Assembly (NCBI GenBank): GCA_964304625.1 | Contig: OZ199838.1 | Location: 5,403,978 to 5,467,977, forward strand | From: Kudoa neothunni | Lineage: Eukaryota; Animalia; Cnidaria | Reading direction: 5' to 3' | Length of the DNA stretch: 64,000 bases | Part shown: positions 1 to 14,107 of the stretch, piece by piece | Numbering within the stretch: the stretch's first letter is position 1 | How the letters are laid out: every line of letters starts with the position of its first letter | Program-made: the position numbers and the translations under genes | Notes under the pieces: model-generated | Database searches by the model: none | The model's input: the letters and a program-made list of their open reading frames with translations, nothing else | What the model was told of the DNA's origin: nothing

Positions 1-3000
1 CTTTTTTCTTTTATACCTTTGTCGGCTAACAGCAGCTCCATTTCAAGGTAGGAAAGTGTTTCGATGAGATATTTTTCAAGCACTGGAAACAAATAGAATG
101 GCTGTAAGGTGACCAATTTTCCTAACAATGCCGTAACAACACATCTAATTTCATATTTGGGATCTCGTAGTCCCAATATCAAACATTGAATATTTTGTAT
201 TAACAAAAGATGAGGGTAAAATTTTGAGGAGAGTGTTCGTAACACGTTGAGTCTGGTTTTTTCGTCAACATCACCAACACCAATACCGGTGATAGTACTC
301 AGAATTTCAAGCGCATATACATCGGATGTAGTGCCGTCGGTGATTGCTCTCGACTCAGTGAAACTATCAATACTGAGATTTTGGTGGTTGGGTTTGGCAA
401 ATACGTGTTTGGACAACACTCCAAAGTCATCATTGCCACATTGACTTTTGTATACACGATGTTCACTGATCACGTTATCCATTAGCTTGATGCAGGTTTT
501 GGCGGCTTCTTCTCTGATGGCTGAATATGGCGATTTAAGGTAGGTGTTCGAGATAGCTATAGTTATTTCGTCCATAGGCTCCGAGCCGAATTCACACATT
601 CTTAGCGCAATCAACGCAGTGATGGTAGTTTTCTTGTCGTCATCCGATATCACATCATTAAAAGGTTCATTTGAATGACCGAAATTGTTGGATTTGCCGT
701 CGCTAAGATTGGTAGAACTGGATTTGGGCCCAAAACACAAATTGTCACAATCTAAATTAAAACCCAACAATATCCTCAAATACTGAAGAATTGCTGATTG
801 ATAAGAGACTTTGCCTTTGGAGGGGCAAGTAGTTATCTCAGAAAAGATGGCTGCCACACTAAAATCAAAAACCATATTGTTGATACAAGCTTCTACGAAC
901 TCCATGCTGATACACTCGATAAAAGGTTGCCCTATTGATTGAATCATCGAACACAAAAAACACGCAATAGGTGCTTCCATCTCGATAACCTTGCTTTTCA
1001 CATCATCCTTATTGTCTCCCATATACAGTGATTTGATATAGCAGAGAATGTGTTTGGCTTGAAATAGAAATTCATCCTTCAAAAGTCGACCCAAAAGTGT
1101 GAAGCACAATAAAATATGTGGTCTTGCAGGTGAGGTGGGGAAAATATTAATAAGTTTGAGTATTATATTTTGAGTGACTGCGTGTTTGAACAGTGACAAC
1201 TTCACGTTGATAACATTGGGAATGATACGACACACAGCAATCAATATGTTAATGTTGTTGTCATTGAGTGAGACGAAACAAAATTTGAGCACATCTTCAA
1301 AGGAATGTTGGATCATTAAGCTGAGACCTTGGCTGTAACATCCTACAACTGATGATGATTTTTCTGGTTTGCACTGTTGAGTTTCATGTGACGGTCCTCC
1401 TCCAAACAAATTTCCAAGAAAGTCATCATAACTTTCGTTATATTCGAGAAATAGGCGATATTTTTCGATTTCTGGTGATATCGGTGCATAATAACGATGA
1501 AGAAGAGTATTTTTGGATCGTGTCACAAACAAGCTTTCGCTCTCATGGAACGAACTGTTGATACCGTATTGTTCGAATGATGTCTCATCAGTGTCTCTAC
1601 GTTGACGAGTCGTGTTGAGATTGGAAGTTTTCACGCGAATAGGAAATATCTGTATTAGATTGGATTTGTGCACCTCCAAATCAAGACTGCACTGACGAAC
1701 AAACTCATTCAACAGAAGAAGCACCGAATGTGCCAAATAATCGTCATCATCTTCAGAGCGAACCAACTGCTTCACCGATTCCACGCTAGAACGCATCGCC
1801 ATAGTGCGTTCCATCGATGGCAGCAGTCTCAACATTTTGTCGTAAATAAATTGGTACCAGTTGAAAGCAGACTTTTGAAATAGTTCTCTCTCGGCCAATA
1901 TTGTTAATAATGACCTAATGGTATCGGCGGCTACCATCTGTGTTTCAAATCTCACGTCTTTGAAACAAGCAAAAATATGCTCAACGAATGGTTGTATGTA
2001 TTGGTAGAAGGTGTAAGGAGATCCGTATGCGAGTTCTCTCACAATAAGTATCTAAACAGTGTGAGATGTTATTTCGTTGGGAGGGAGAGAAATCACACCA
2101 GTGTTATTAGTAATATTAATTATTATTAATATTACTCGAAAATATGAAATATTAATTTGAAATACATATGGAACGTGTAGTTATCTGCCTACTAAAGATA
2201 ATATTTAGGTATTGTCTATTTTCCCTTCATTTATCATTGATAGAAATATGCAGTCGAACCTTTATTATCCGGAAGGTATTTTAAATTTTATTTGGATTTT
2301 ATTGAAATTACGTGCCGATAAATATACGATTACCCGAAATATGGATACAAGTACCATCCATCATTGTACAACATATACAATGTAGCATATATACCAATGC
2401 AATATTTAAAATAAAAATATCTCTACGTTAATTATTCATAAGTTGTCCTTTTAAAACTCAAGTTAAACCTTTAGTTCTTATATAAATTTGTGCTGTATCT
2501 GAATATATGTCTGTATGTATACTAAACAAAAATTAATTGAGAATCATTTAAAAAAGTAGATTAATCCTCAGTAGATGTGTTTTCCCCACATAATTATGTA
2601 TTGTGTTTTCTTTTAAGTCTCCATGTTCTCAGTTAATAGATATACCAATATTTTTAATATAAGTTGCGAAATTTTTTACCATTTTACTTAATAAATAGTA
2701 AAAATTGTGTATAAATCAAGTGAACAATCCTTTAAAAAGAAATTTCAAAAAATGTGCGCGCAATGCATGTTTATGTTTGATTAACCGGAACCTCGCTATC
2801 CACTATCCGGAAAGAAACTCGCCGGTTCCAAATTTTCCGGATAATCGAAGTTAGGCTGTATTATTTTTTAAGTATAATTATTTTATTATTTTTTGACATA
2901 TTTCGTTATTTTCGGATTGCACGAGAAATAAAAATAACAGTTTCGACGCCGACATGCAACCTTTATAGTAAGGTTAAAAATTTCAATTAAAAACTTTATC

Positions 3001-3894
3001 AGTGCGTGAATAAACATTAAGGATTAAATTTATATAGGAAAATACACTCAGCTATATTTTGTACGCATATATTTGATCTATGCCAAACAAAATTTAATTA
3101 TATTGAAAATCGATATACTATTTCAAATTATCTGTATTTGGTGATAGGTACATAGATAAAATACTGAAATATGAGTTTTTAATTATTTATTATAGCCTGG
3201 CTATTTATAAACTAATTATTAAGATAGAGACAATTCAAAAGAAAGAATCCAATATATAAACTATGTGTGGAAACTACCGTAATTAAAATAGTTAGAACAC
3301 AAGTGCACCTAGAGCTGGTTTAAATTTAACATTTAAATCGCACCAATTAACCAAAACCAACACGTGTGAGTTTGGAGTGGCAAAAGATATAATAGATTAC
3401 AGAAAGGTATCTGTTGTCAGAGTTTTCATCGGAAAGATTTTTGATACGCATTTTCAATTCCTCTTTAACAGTATCGGCAGGAGAAAACCCGTGCAATACG
3501 AGGTAAGGAAGTAGTCTTGCCGCATAACTTGCAATGAGTGGATCCGAACTGGCAGTACATCTGATGATACTTTGATGAAGGTTTTTCCCATGAAGAACAA
3601 TTTCACCAACAAATTCAATCAAATTAACTATAGGCCAAAAAATTAATTAATGTACTGTTAATAACCATAGTTACCTATAGTTATAACAGCAAAGTTGATG
3701 TCATCGCTAACCGATGAAGTCAACAGTTCGGTAACATATTTTACTAATGATCGAATTTCTGGAGACATTTCAGCGTCCTCGGCCACAAAATAATGCTGTT
3801 CCATCGTCAGAATGTAGCGTACCTCATTGAATTGCAACTGCTTGTCGCCATATTTCGAGTTACGAATCGCTTTCAATCTTTCTTCAACTGGCAT
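1..3894 (-). CDS. MTOR: Serine/threonine kinase TOR, N-terminal HEAT region (runs off the window start); exons 3675-3894, 3401-3627, <1-2051
   Basis: The spliced translation contains RYLS|ILIVRELAYGSPYTFYQYIQPFVEHIFACFKD, AHSVLLLLNEFVR and LILGLRDPKYEIRCVVTALLGKL. These align by eye with mTOR AVLVLRELAISVPTFFFQQVQPFFDNIF, IHGALLILNELVR and LFVALNDQVFEIRELAICTVGRL. GT-AG introns at 3628-3674 and 2052-3400 keep the frame. The start codon at 3894 is uncertain. Confidence 0.88.
2251..2858. mobile_element. pogo/Tc1-type MITE in mTOR intron 2
   Basis: Imperfect TIRs cagtcgaacctttattatccggaa ... ttccggataatcgaagttaggctg, with TA on the right flank and no ORF. Confidence 0.65.
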
Positions 3895-5179
3895 ACTCAA
3901 TCAGTTCACAAGCTCATAACAATCCAAACTCTGTCAGAGACGATATGTACCGAGTCATATGTGCTCAGCTGTAATGACTCAATCGTGAGAAACATATGCA
4001 TTTCAAATTTTTTGGACATTGCCACTTATACCACTTTCAATAAGGTTATCCAAAAAATAAGGATAAATAACTTTATAATGGCCGTGTAGGATAAAATTTT
4101 AGTTAAAATCAATCACAATCCACTCTCATTTAATATTTTGGGTCTTAATTTTTTCTTGATTAAAACAATTATTATTGTCATATTTCAAGATTTTTACACT
4201 GATATATTTTTATTTTGTTACATGTATCACAGATAGTACAGACTTGATTATGTAAAGGTAAGAGTATCAAAACTCGAAAAATCTCCGATTTTTTCATTAT
4301 TAATGGTAAATTAAAAAATCTTATTAAGTGAAATACTGTCAAATAAATAAAAATAAACTTTTGATATAAATTACAAGAGATTAACACTAATGTGCTTGCG
4401 TGCGCTTGTGCCCATTCCAATAATAATTTCTCTAGGCTATCTAACGTATAAATACATAATGTGTTTATTTTTTAGTTAGATATATTTCTTGTGTGTAATC
4501 TTTTATAGATACGTTCGAGAATAACAAAATATAAGACCGAATTAGGTCACGGGACTCGAACCTTCATAACTCATAATCATAATAATGGGCGAGACATTTT
4601 CCAGATATTTGATGTAGTTATTACCAGGGGATAAAAACATTCAAGTATGTTCAAGATCGAAGAATAAATTTAATGAATATTTTTGATATTGTTAGTTTTT
4701 CGGTATCCAACTATTTGATTAGGTTCCCGTAATGAGATATTATATAATCCAAATAATAACGATAACGGCTCACCTGGGTTAGAAGCTCTAACAAATATTA
4801 GACCAGCTGATACCTAGTTGGAGTCATATTATATATGAAACTTGTTTCCAAGATTGTTTATTGTTCGATAGTAACTTTTTACTGGATGAAAAAATCAAAT
4901 GTTTAAATAAATTTTATTTTCTCAAACAATTGCGTGTAAGCATTTCGTTAAAAAACTAGTAATTCCTTAAACTTGGTTGTTATTATTAGTCGCCACCGAT
5001 CGTGCATTTACGCAGCTTATACCATCGCTTTGCTCTTACTTCATAACAACGATAAATGAATTAAGAAATTTTTCTATTATTGCTTTAAATTTTTGCGAGA
5101 AAATTTCGGATGTGGATGAATAATGCTTTGCGTATCAATACTGACCTTAATTGTTTCATGTCGAAATTTTTTGTTCGAG

Positions 5180-5400
5180 GTCGAAAAATAGTGTTACGTA
5201 AAAATGGTCAGTTAAAACGATTTAAGAAGTTAAAATGTTCGAAAAAATATTTTATCGGCCATTATCATCAAATTACACTGAAAATGAAAAATTTAATAAA
5301 AGTCCTATTCGTATGTATCATAACCATGTAAAAATTCCACGTTGTCTTTAAATGCATTGAAAATTTATTCCGTATTTGATTTGTAAAAAATGACTTAAAA
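5180..5400. repeat. Dispersed repeat with an inverted copy at about 32870-33100
   Basis: Shared blocks such as ttttatc(gg/ag)cattatc, gtatcat(a/g)a(c/a)catgtaaa, aaatgcattgaaaa and gatttgtaaa, in opposite orientation. Confidence 0.6.
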
Positions 5401-5907
5401 TAATCAATATGCGTATGTCAATCAATTTTTTGTGTGTGTGAGAAAAATTTTGATGTCAATTTCTCATTTTAGAAACTATTCCATTTCTAAAATTTATTTA
5501 GAGCTGAAGCTTTTAAATAGAGTCATGGCAGATATAGTTCTCGTGTATCCACTTTGTTTTCTTCAGTAGATGCATTATATAATTATGAATAATTCTAAAT
5601 TATAAAAAATTTTATTTTCTCAAAAATCTTGTGTGGAATATTTTGTGATTATGCTTCAAAATAAATTATATTATTTAAAATGACGATTTTCAATTTTTTT
5701 TTAGTGCGTATTCTAGTGTTACAATTTACTGAAATAATTTTTAATTTATTTTTAAATAGATAAAAATCACTATAAGATATAAATTTATTTTGGAGTATAT
5801 ATTCAAAACAGTTATGGAATTGCATTTTTTCTCTTATTCATTTAAATGAACATTAGATACGAAAAGTTTGGTATTATTGAATTATTGTGTGAATCAAAAT
5901 CCAATTA

Positions 5908-8280
5908 TTAATCCTTTCATTCCCATTGTCCACTTTAGCGGACAAAAATTAATTCACTTATATATTTAAGCACATTAATTATTAAAGAATAATTTGTGAA
6001 TATGATAAACATAAGTTGTTATTCTATATATTAAATGGGATAAAATATTAATAAATACTTTATGGGCATTTTTATTTGTGATACAACTCCTTTTTTATAA
6101 TGCTGAAATAATCTGACATCTGGAAAAATAAGTCTCAACAAACAATAGAATGCTACTGGAAAAAAGTAATATTGTAAAAAATGAATTGAATATTTAATAA
6201 ATGAAATTTAATTAATTTGGGGCTTAAATATCCCAAAAAACACAAAAATCTCCACGCGGGTATTATAGTGGACATTGGGGCTTCGAGGGCATCCAATGGT
6301 ACATTCTAATGGACCACGATATTGTTTATAGTCAGAAAGAAAATGGAAAAATCATCACAGAAGTAATCGTTTTTCCGGATGCAGATACTTCAGAACCGGA
6401 TGTGATGATGGATGAGTCGGACTGTCCTCTCATTCAAATTAACGTGGCAGAATTGGATAATGAAACATTAAAGATTCCAGTGATTCCAATGACGATCAAA
6501 TTTTAAAATTTTAAGTGGGAAAAGAAACAGAATGTTCCAAGTCCAGTTGAAAGTTTGGAAATCAATGAGGTAATTTTTAGCGACTTGCATGACCTCATAT
6601 TATCCATTGAATATTTCGATTTCTTTTCACTGATGAGTTGATATCGAATATTGCTTATGAATCAAATCTGTACGCTACTTAACAAAATGCTAATTTCAAA
6701 ACTGATATTAAAGAAATAGAAAAATATCTGTGGGTTTCGATTATTACGGGGATAGTAAGAATACCGAGGTATCAATGTTATTGGTCGAAACTCGTGAACT
6801 ATCCCCTCGTTTCCGAGGCTTTCTTTAAAGAACCGTTTTGAGCAAATGTATAAATACTTGCATTTCGCGGATAATTCTAAAATTATCACGGATCCTAATC
6901 CGCCAAGATTAGACCTTTGTTAGATTCTGTTAGAGCATCGTTTCTTAAGATTGAGCCCGGAAGAAACCACTCAATTGACGAGAAAATTATCCCGTTTAAA
7001 GGTAAATATAAGGCCAGGCAATACATCCACAATAAACCAACAAAATGGGGGTTTAAAATGTTCGCGAGATGTGGCTTTAATGGTTTGGTTTACGATTTTT
7101 ATCTTTACGATGGACGAAAACCTGCCGTCACCAAACACCAAAAGCTGTGGTGTTGTATCTGGCGATTTTGTCATAAAGCTGTGCGAAAGTCTACCGTTGA
7201 GCGAACCATATTTCACATATTTCGACAACTGGTTTACATTTATCCCCCTCCAAATCTTCTTAAAACGAAGATATATCTATTCTGTTGGTACGATATGTGT
7301 TAACAGAGTAAAGGGTTGTCTATTTAATAGTGGCAAAGATTAAAAAAAAGGGACGTGGCTCGTATGATTCTGCACATGACTCTCACAATGGAATATCGAT
7401 AACACGATGATTTGGTGGGTTAATTACCACCTTTTTAGCCACTCATTCCTCGATTGAACCGGTCTCAATGTCAAAAAGATTCGATAGATCTAAGAAGATA
7501 ATGGTAGAAATTCCTCGTTCAACTGTTGTTAAGGAATATAACCTAGATATTGGGCGGAGTTGACCTATTAGATATGCTCACGTCACTTTATGTTATGAGA
7601 CACAAATGCAGAAAGTATTGGTTTAGAATCTTTATTTTGACTCTAAACACATTCTTGGTTAACGCTTGGCTATTTTTTAAACGAAATAATTCCGTGAGAC
7701 GTACCGATAAGAATGAAGTAATGGATTTGTTGGATTTTTCTTTAAAGTTAGTGAAGATCATATCTACCATCGAGCAATGACTGCTCAAACGAAACGTGGT
7801 AGATCCCCACTTAATCAATCTAATGTCGGAATATATTACACCAACGTCGATAAAAAAAGAACGAGATCTAATTCATTGAGTGATGAAATCTGTCTGGACA
7901 TAGTTGTACATTTTCCCGAAATAATGACAACACATTCAAGATGTAGAGTTTGTCGAAAGAAACCAAATTTAAATGTATGAAATGCCATTCATTTTGTTGT
8001 CATAATAAAGAAAGGAATTGTTTCTATAACTTTCATAACAATCTGTAAAAATGTTTAAAAATTTTAATTCTTTTATGTTTTTTTTGCGCCTAACCAATGC
8101 GCGAATATGCCGAGGTAAATAAATACAATTTGTCCACCTTATTGGACGGATTAAAAAACACTTTAAATTGTTGTTAAATAATGTATGTTTAAAGCATAAA
8201 TTTTAAAGTATATATAATTTTATAATTAAGTTCACATAAAAAAATTTCAAGTAAAAAAAATTTGGGAACCAAAGGGTTAA
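5908..8280 (+). mobile_element. Degenerate full-length piggyBac transposon
   Basis: TTAA at 5908-5911 and 8277-8280; TIRs tcctttcattccca / tgggaaccaaaggg; broken transposase inside. Confidence 0.9.
6309..8048 (+). pseudogene. piggyBac (PGBD-like) transposase pseudogene
   Basis: Motifs SIDEKIIPFKG, KPTKWGFKMF, YFDNWFT, GGVDLLD and C-terminal RCRVC lie in several frames, separated by frameshifts and stops. Confidence 0.9.
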
Positions 8281-8566
8281 GGTATCTATAAAAAATAGCC
8301 ATAATCCTTAAATTCAATTTGTATACGAAGTGGCTATTGACACGGATCATAATATCCAGGTAGGTATAGTTTTTGACTGTATTTAATAGATCAACTATAA
8401 ATAGGAGTCAACGGGATTAAAAATGGGTAATGCGCGAGCGTACTTTCCATTTAGGATTAAAAACTTTCGTGACAATAGCCAGTGCCATTTGTATATTTAA
8501 TTTTCCTGATAACAATTATATCCAACACGCACAAGCGAACATAGGATAGTTCGGAGGTTCCCAATT

Positions 8567-8728
8567 GGGGATGCGAATTTTGGTCTCAGGTGGCGCGAGA
8601 TCCGATCAAAATTGAAAATAACTTTTGCTAAATTTTAAGTCAGTTACACCTTACCGTATGCAAAGGAGTGCAAATTTCGATTTGTCCAAAATGAAGGGGC
8701 GAGTCCTGTTTTAGTTGGGAAGCGCTGG
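8567..8728. repeat. hAT-like terminal fragment with an inverted copy at about 23908-24068
   Basis: About 160 nt match including taagtcagttacacctta(c/t)cgtatgcaaag and ttttagttgggaagcgctg. The end reads CAGCGCTTCCCAAC, which is hAT-TIR-like. Confidence 0.75.
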
Positions 8729-10119
8729 GATAGTTTAACTAAAGCTTTCCAGCCGGGAATTCGAGGAACAACCATATTTATTTAAGAAAATTTGTAGGGC
8801 TAATAAGAATCTTTACGACTATTTTTAAGCATGAAAAAGGTGAGTGCGAATTTCTTTTGAATACAATCAGGTTTTATAAATAAATTCCAAATTTACAATA
8901 CTATTTTTTATATATTTTACATATTTGATTAATTTATAAAAATTTTGCATTTATATTTTTGAATATACGTCGGCAACTCTTCAGACATGACCAATTTACT
9001 TAGCGAAATAAAAGACACAACCATTCCAGAATTGGAAATCACTACGCAATACAATATTACAATATTACTTCCAAATATTGCTATTTTATATCTATGTATT
9101 TATGTAAAATCAATTAAATATAGTAAATTAAAGGTGAAAAAATTTATTATTTTAATAAAATTCTTAACTTTCAATTTAAAAATGAATTCTATAAATAATG
9201 AGCAATCGCGCGATGTTCATTTTAAACTATGAACTGCAACTTTCCTATTGGAAAAAATCATATCTGATCACCAGTGAATTGTTTATTCATCATAATTATT
9301 TATTGGCCTTCAGAATTGACTTTGAAATTCATTTAATGCCACATAAAGGCTAAAATGGACTTTGATGCTTTAAGGAGAATAAGAACTTGATTTTAGCCCC
9401 TTTTAATACTAACCGTTTTATATTTTAATTAATTGTAATCGTAAGATGGGAAATAAAATTGATTAAATTATGTTTCCTTAACTGTTACAACCAACAATTT
9501 AAAACTAGAGCAATTGTTTGATAATAAGAGTTATTAAACATATTTAATAGTATTTTAATAAGGCATTAATTAAACTATTAAAATAACACCCACGGTACTT
9601 TAATAGCTGCAGAATACGTCAAAAAATGACCTAAAACCAATAAAATATTTATTGTTTTATTTAGTAAATATAAATGAAATCCCCAAGGGAAACGTAATTA
9701 TACAGTAATTCCTGAATTTTAGCTAGTACTTTAATTTACGTTAATACCTTAATTCGGACTAATCTCCTAATCACGTTGTGATTTCAATTATAAAAAGTAT
9801 AACTTTTCTCTTTCTATTATTGACTAATAAAATATTTCATTTTTAACATTTGATTTAACAATATTCTCCTTAAAATTGTTTTTCTATGGTTTCATCAAAT
9901 AGTTTCAAGTATATGACCCACATCGGGAGTTTTCGTTATTTTTCCGAAACAATAGCACAAATTTAAAAACAATTATTTATTTTAAAGTTAGATCATTAAT
10001 TCAGAAGGAAAATGATTTTGTTTGTAATTATGGATCAATTTTTGAGTAGATCTTTTAATTTTTGGACTATAACCGTTTTGACAGCCTAGAGACGCACACG
10101 CATAAACAAAAATTCTAAC

Positions 10120-11242
10120 ATGACCAAGATACTACAACAAATGTTTCCGTTGGGGATGGGCTCAGACAAACCTCTAAAAGTGAAAATTGGACCATCCATA
10201 TTAAACTCCGATCTCTCCCAATTGGGATACGAATGTCAGAGGTTAGTAGAAAATGGGGCGGATTATTTGCATTTGGATGTTATGGATGGGTAGGTTGCAA
10301 TGAAAGAATATTAGTCCAAATAAAATTTATTAGTTTGTTCGTTCCAAATATAACATTTGGTGCACCAGTGGTAAAATGTGTTAGAGAAAAAGTGCCAGGG
10401 ACATTTTTTTGGTAATAAATTAGTGTGTTTATGTTTCGGATTAAATTCTTATCATTTAAACATTAAAGATATGCATATGATGGTGGCATCTCCAGAAAAA
10501 GTAACTCTTGAATATTCTCCGCCAATTTAAATTTGTTAACTATATCAAATAGTGGATAAGGGACATGAAAAATGCCGGTGGAGATCAATACACATTTCAT
10601 ATTGAGGCTACAGAAAGTATCCCACTCCCTTATTTTAATCTTAGGTTTTATTCAATATTATTATCACTCTAGGCACTACCGAAAATGTCATTCAACAAAT
10701 CAAGGATGCCAATATGAAAGTTGGTCTAGCCATCAAACCAAAAACACCTGTAGAACAATTGCTTCCATTTATCGACAAAGTCGACATGATATTGGTGATG
10801 ACAGTCGAGCCTGGTTTTGGAGGCCAGTCGTTTATGTATGATATGATGCCCAAAGTAGTCGATTAAAATTTTATCATCTTTATTTGTTGTAATAAAATTC
10901 ATAACATGAATAATCATTGTTATTGTAGGTGAAATTTTTACGCGAAAGATTCCCCTATTTGGATATATCTGTGGATGGTGGGATAGGACCTAAAACTATT
11001 GATGCTTGTGCCAAGGTAACACATTCTCAACTTATTTATGTTTCTTATGGTAGAAATACCGAGCGAAAACCAAATTGGACTCTAATCTAATCTAGGCTGG
11101 TGCTAATATGATTGTATCTGGAACTGCAATTACCTCTTCTGAAAATCCTTCAAACACAATTAAATATTTGCGCGACTGTTGCCTCCAAAATACACATAGT
11201 ATGCAAATTACACCTATCCTCATACAATACACTAAAATCTAA
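10120..11242 (+). CDS. RPE: Ribulose-phosphate 3-epimerase; exons 10120-10289, 10334-10411, 10469-10500, 10553-10616, 10673-10854, 10929-11015, 11096-11242
   Basis: Spliced product contains [63 protein letters not shown] and AGANMIVSG. All six introns are GT-AG and frame-preserving. Confidence 0.96.
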
Positions 11243-11265
11243 TGCATATAAATAAACAAAAACAG

Positions 11266-14107
11266 TTATTGGGGTTCATTGTTAGTGTTGTTAGATTCAT
11301 TGGTTGATTGTTCTTGTTGCGATATGACGTTTTGAACAGATTGGAGGATCTTTGACTTTTTCGTGGTCTTTTTAGCTTTTTTTGCGTATATGGCATAATC
11401 GGCTAATTCTTCGTCATCCTCTCTGAAATAAAAATGAAATATATTATGACTTTTCTAAAATGGTAAGCGAGTCTCATCCATTAATATGCAAAAAAGATTA
11501 CGATCGGATTCAATTTGGATAATTTTAGAAATACAAAAAATGGATTTCATTAAAAATATTTAATTTAAATTAGTACACTTAATAATGATTAAATAAACTT
11601 AGATTAATTTGTTCACATTTTCGAATGTTCAAACATTATTAATTATATTAACAATTAATTAAAATAACAGTTAATTATAATAGAATTATTAATTAATAAT
11701 AATAACAACATCGCTAGTCCTAATAACAACGCGATTAAATTAAATTAAATATTTTTATCCCTATGGTAACTCGCTTGGCTAACAATTGGACCAATTTAAC
11801 AGTCTGATAAAAATTAAATTTAACTAGAGTTTTTTGCAGGAAAATCCCATCACTTAAAAATAAATTCGGCTAGAATCAACTAAGCAAAATTTATTATATT
11901 TAATAACGCTGAGAAAACTAATAAAATGTATATTATAGAGATTTAACCTCAATTTTAAGTGATTAAGCATATTTTCATCGCAAGAATTCAATTTTATTGT
12001 AACAAAAACGAATTTATCGTTGAATACACCCCAATTATAACATTGAATAGTTGAAAATAAAATAAAATCTGTCTATAGAAAATTACAACAAAAACATACT
12101 TGTAACGAATACATTTTTTGAGAGAACACCATTGATTTAATTCTTTGTCATCGCACAAGAGAATCTAATGTTTTGTACGTACATCATTGAGTATTTTTAA
12201 TTATTACATATCCAGGTTAAATTACCTCTTGTGGAGTTAATCCAAAATCATTAGCAAATGTTTTTCTGTATGTGAATGTCTCCAAGGGTTCAATATCACT
12301 ATTATTATCATCATTGTTGATGTTTTTGTCTTGAGTAGTGGATTGATTTGAAAGCGATTTTTGGAGTTTTTGTTTGGCTTTTAATTTTTTCCTCTTCTTT
12401 TCTCAATCTTTTTTTCATTTGTTTGGTCAAACGTAATGGATGACTGTCGGGTTCATCATCGAAAAATTCTCCAAATGCCCCATCCACATCTTCACCATCA
12501 ATACAGCTCAATGGTTTAATTTCGGCTTCATTATTATCGTTGTTGTCGTCATAATAATCTTCATTAAAAAATCCCTAACAATGCATAGTAATAATCTCAA
12601 AAATATTACATAAATCAAGAAGCATACCCTCATAATTTGATCGTATTTCTGTTCATCAAAAATCCTCGTCCATAAGTGCAGAAATGTCAATTTTATTGTT
12701 GACATTATTGTTTTGATTGTAGATACCTGCAATTTCTACAAAAAATGTAGGTAGATTTTAATTTAATTAATCAATAAATCATAAAACTTTTTAGTTCTTC
12801 AAATTTCTCATTGATATTATCCTTTTGAAGATGTTTTAACAGTTTTATCTCACTTAACATATTCATCTTTTCCTACAAACAACCATAATTTAATCATTTT
12901 ATTTTTGTTATACAAACAGATACTTCTTTTTTTCTCAACTTTTTCTCATTTCGTTTTCGTATACGTCTATCGTCCTTTCGCCTGGCCGATAAACCGTCGT
13001 TTCTAATTTGATCTATTTTCTATCGAAAATTCATGATATAATTTTTGGCATAAAAAATTCCATCAAGAAATACCGTATTCTCATCATCGCTATTCTCATC
13101 AATTTTAATTTGTTGTGAACCACTCTTTCTAACAGACAAATTATTAATTGTTAAAATAATAATCACACATACCTCGACTCTTTGCTCAATAGTTTTCAAT
13201 GTTACTTCGTTACCCTTCATTAGATTGATGATTTTTTCATCCATTTGCTATCAAAAACCGCACGTTATTATGTATATATTAATTGATTAAAAACCTCGTT
13301 TTCCAACGCTTTTTTCAACGTTCCAGTGGTCTTTCATATCTGTGATCAACTATAAAAACCTAGTCAGCTACATATCTAATGATTTTATTCAAGTTCACTT
13401 TAGCATATTTTGGAGCTTTTGATGGGAAGAAAAATTCATCATTATCATCCTCAAAATCATCACCAACATCGTTGGTTGAACCACCAAGACTTTGTTTTCC
13501 ATTATTGGTTGTTTCGATGATACTTTGTTTGAGTTGCTTTTCAAAATTTGACTCACCAGTACCAACATAATGGTCAGCTGGCAATTTTTCGTCATCACTC
13601 GAACCGACATTGGGATTGGGTTATAGAAGACTGTTTTTCAGCTTCCATCGCTTGTTGAAACTGATAATCTTTCAAGTAGATTGGTCGACTTCTTTTTTTT
13701 GCTCGTTTGATCGGTTTGGGCATGGTCAGCAGTTGACTCAAAAAATACACTATTTTTATCGTAAATTTGCTTGTTGTTGGTTTTGATTAGAGTGAGCATG
13801 TTTATAAAATCAGGGTCGTTCAAATCCAACTTTATTGTTAATCGATTAATAGTAAATAATTGCTTAAATATTTACATCCTTATTATCAAGTTCATCCATC
13901 GATGATGAAGAAGAACTCTCATCAACCAATGCTTCTGTTGGATTGTCTCCATATTTTGATTTTACTATAGAAACATCGTTTAAACAATCAACTCTCAAAA
14001 TTGCAAACAATACATCGCTCAAATTCTTGACGTTTTTTATTGTGATTAAATTTTTTGGCAAAGATTTGATTGATTTCTAGTTGAAAGGGATGCTCATCTT
14101 CGGACAT
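11266..14107 (-). CDS. KRI1: KRI1 homolog (40S ribosome biogenesis), multi-exon, with four apparent +1 frameshifts in this assembly
   Basis: Motifs LEINQIFAKKFNHNKKRQEFER-LKSKYG, PIYLKDY, DEDFDEQKYDQIM, FFNEDYY and [34 protein letters not shown] (Kri1 C-terminal motif). ATG at 14107, TAA at 11266-11268. Confidence 0.88.

Noticed and set aside
247-1883. Plus-strand ORFs at 247, 1352 and 1668
   Set aside because: Antisense shadows of the large mTOR exon.
4540-4600. Minus-strand GGTTCGAGTCCC B-box suggesting a tRNA gene
   Set aside because: No cloverleaf can be formed; at most a decayed SINE fragment.
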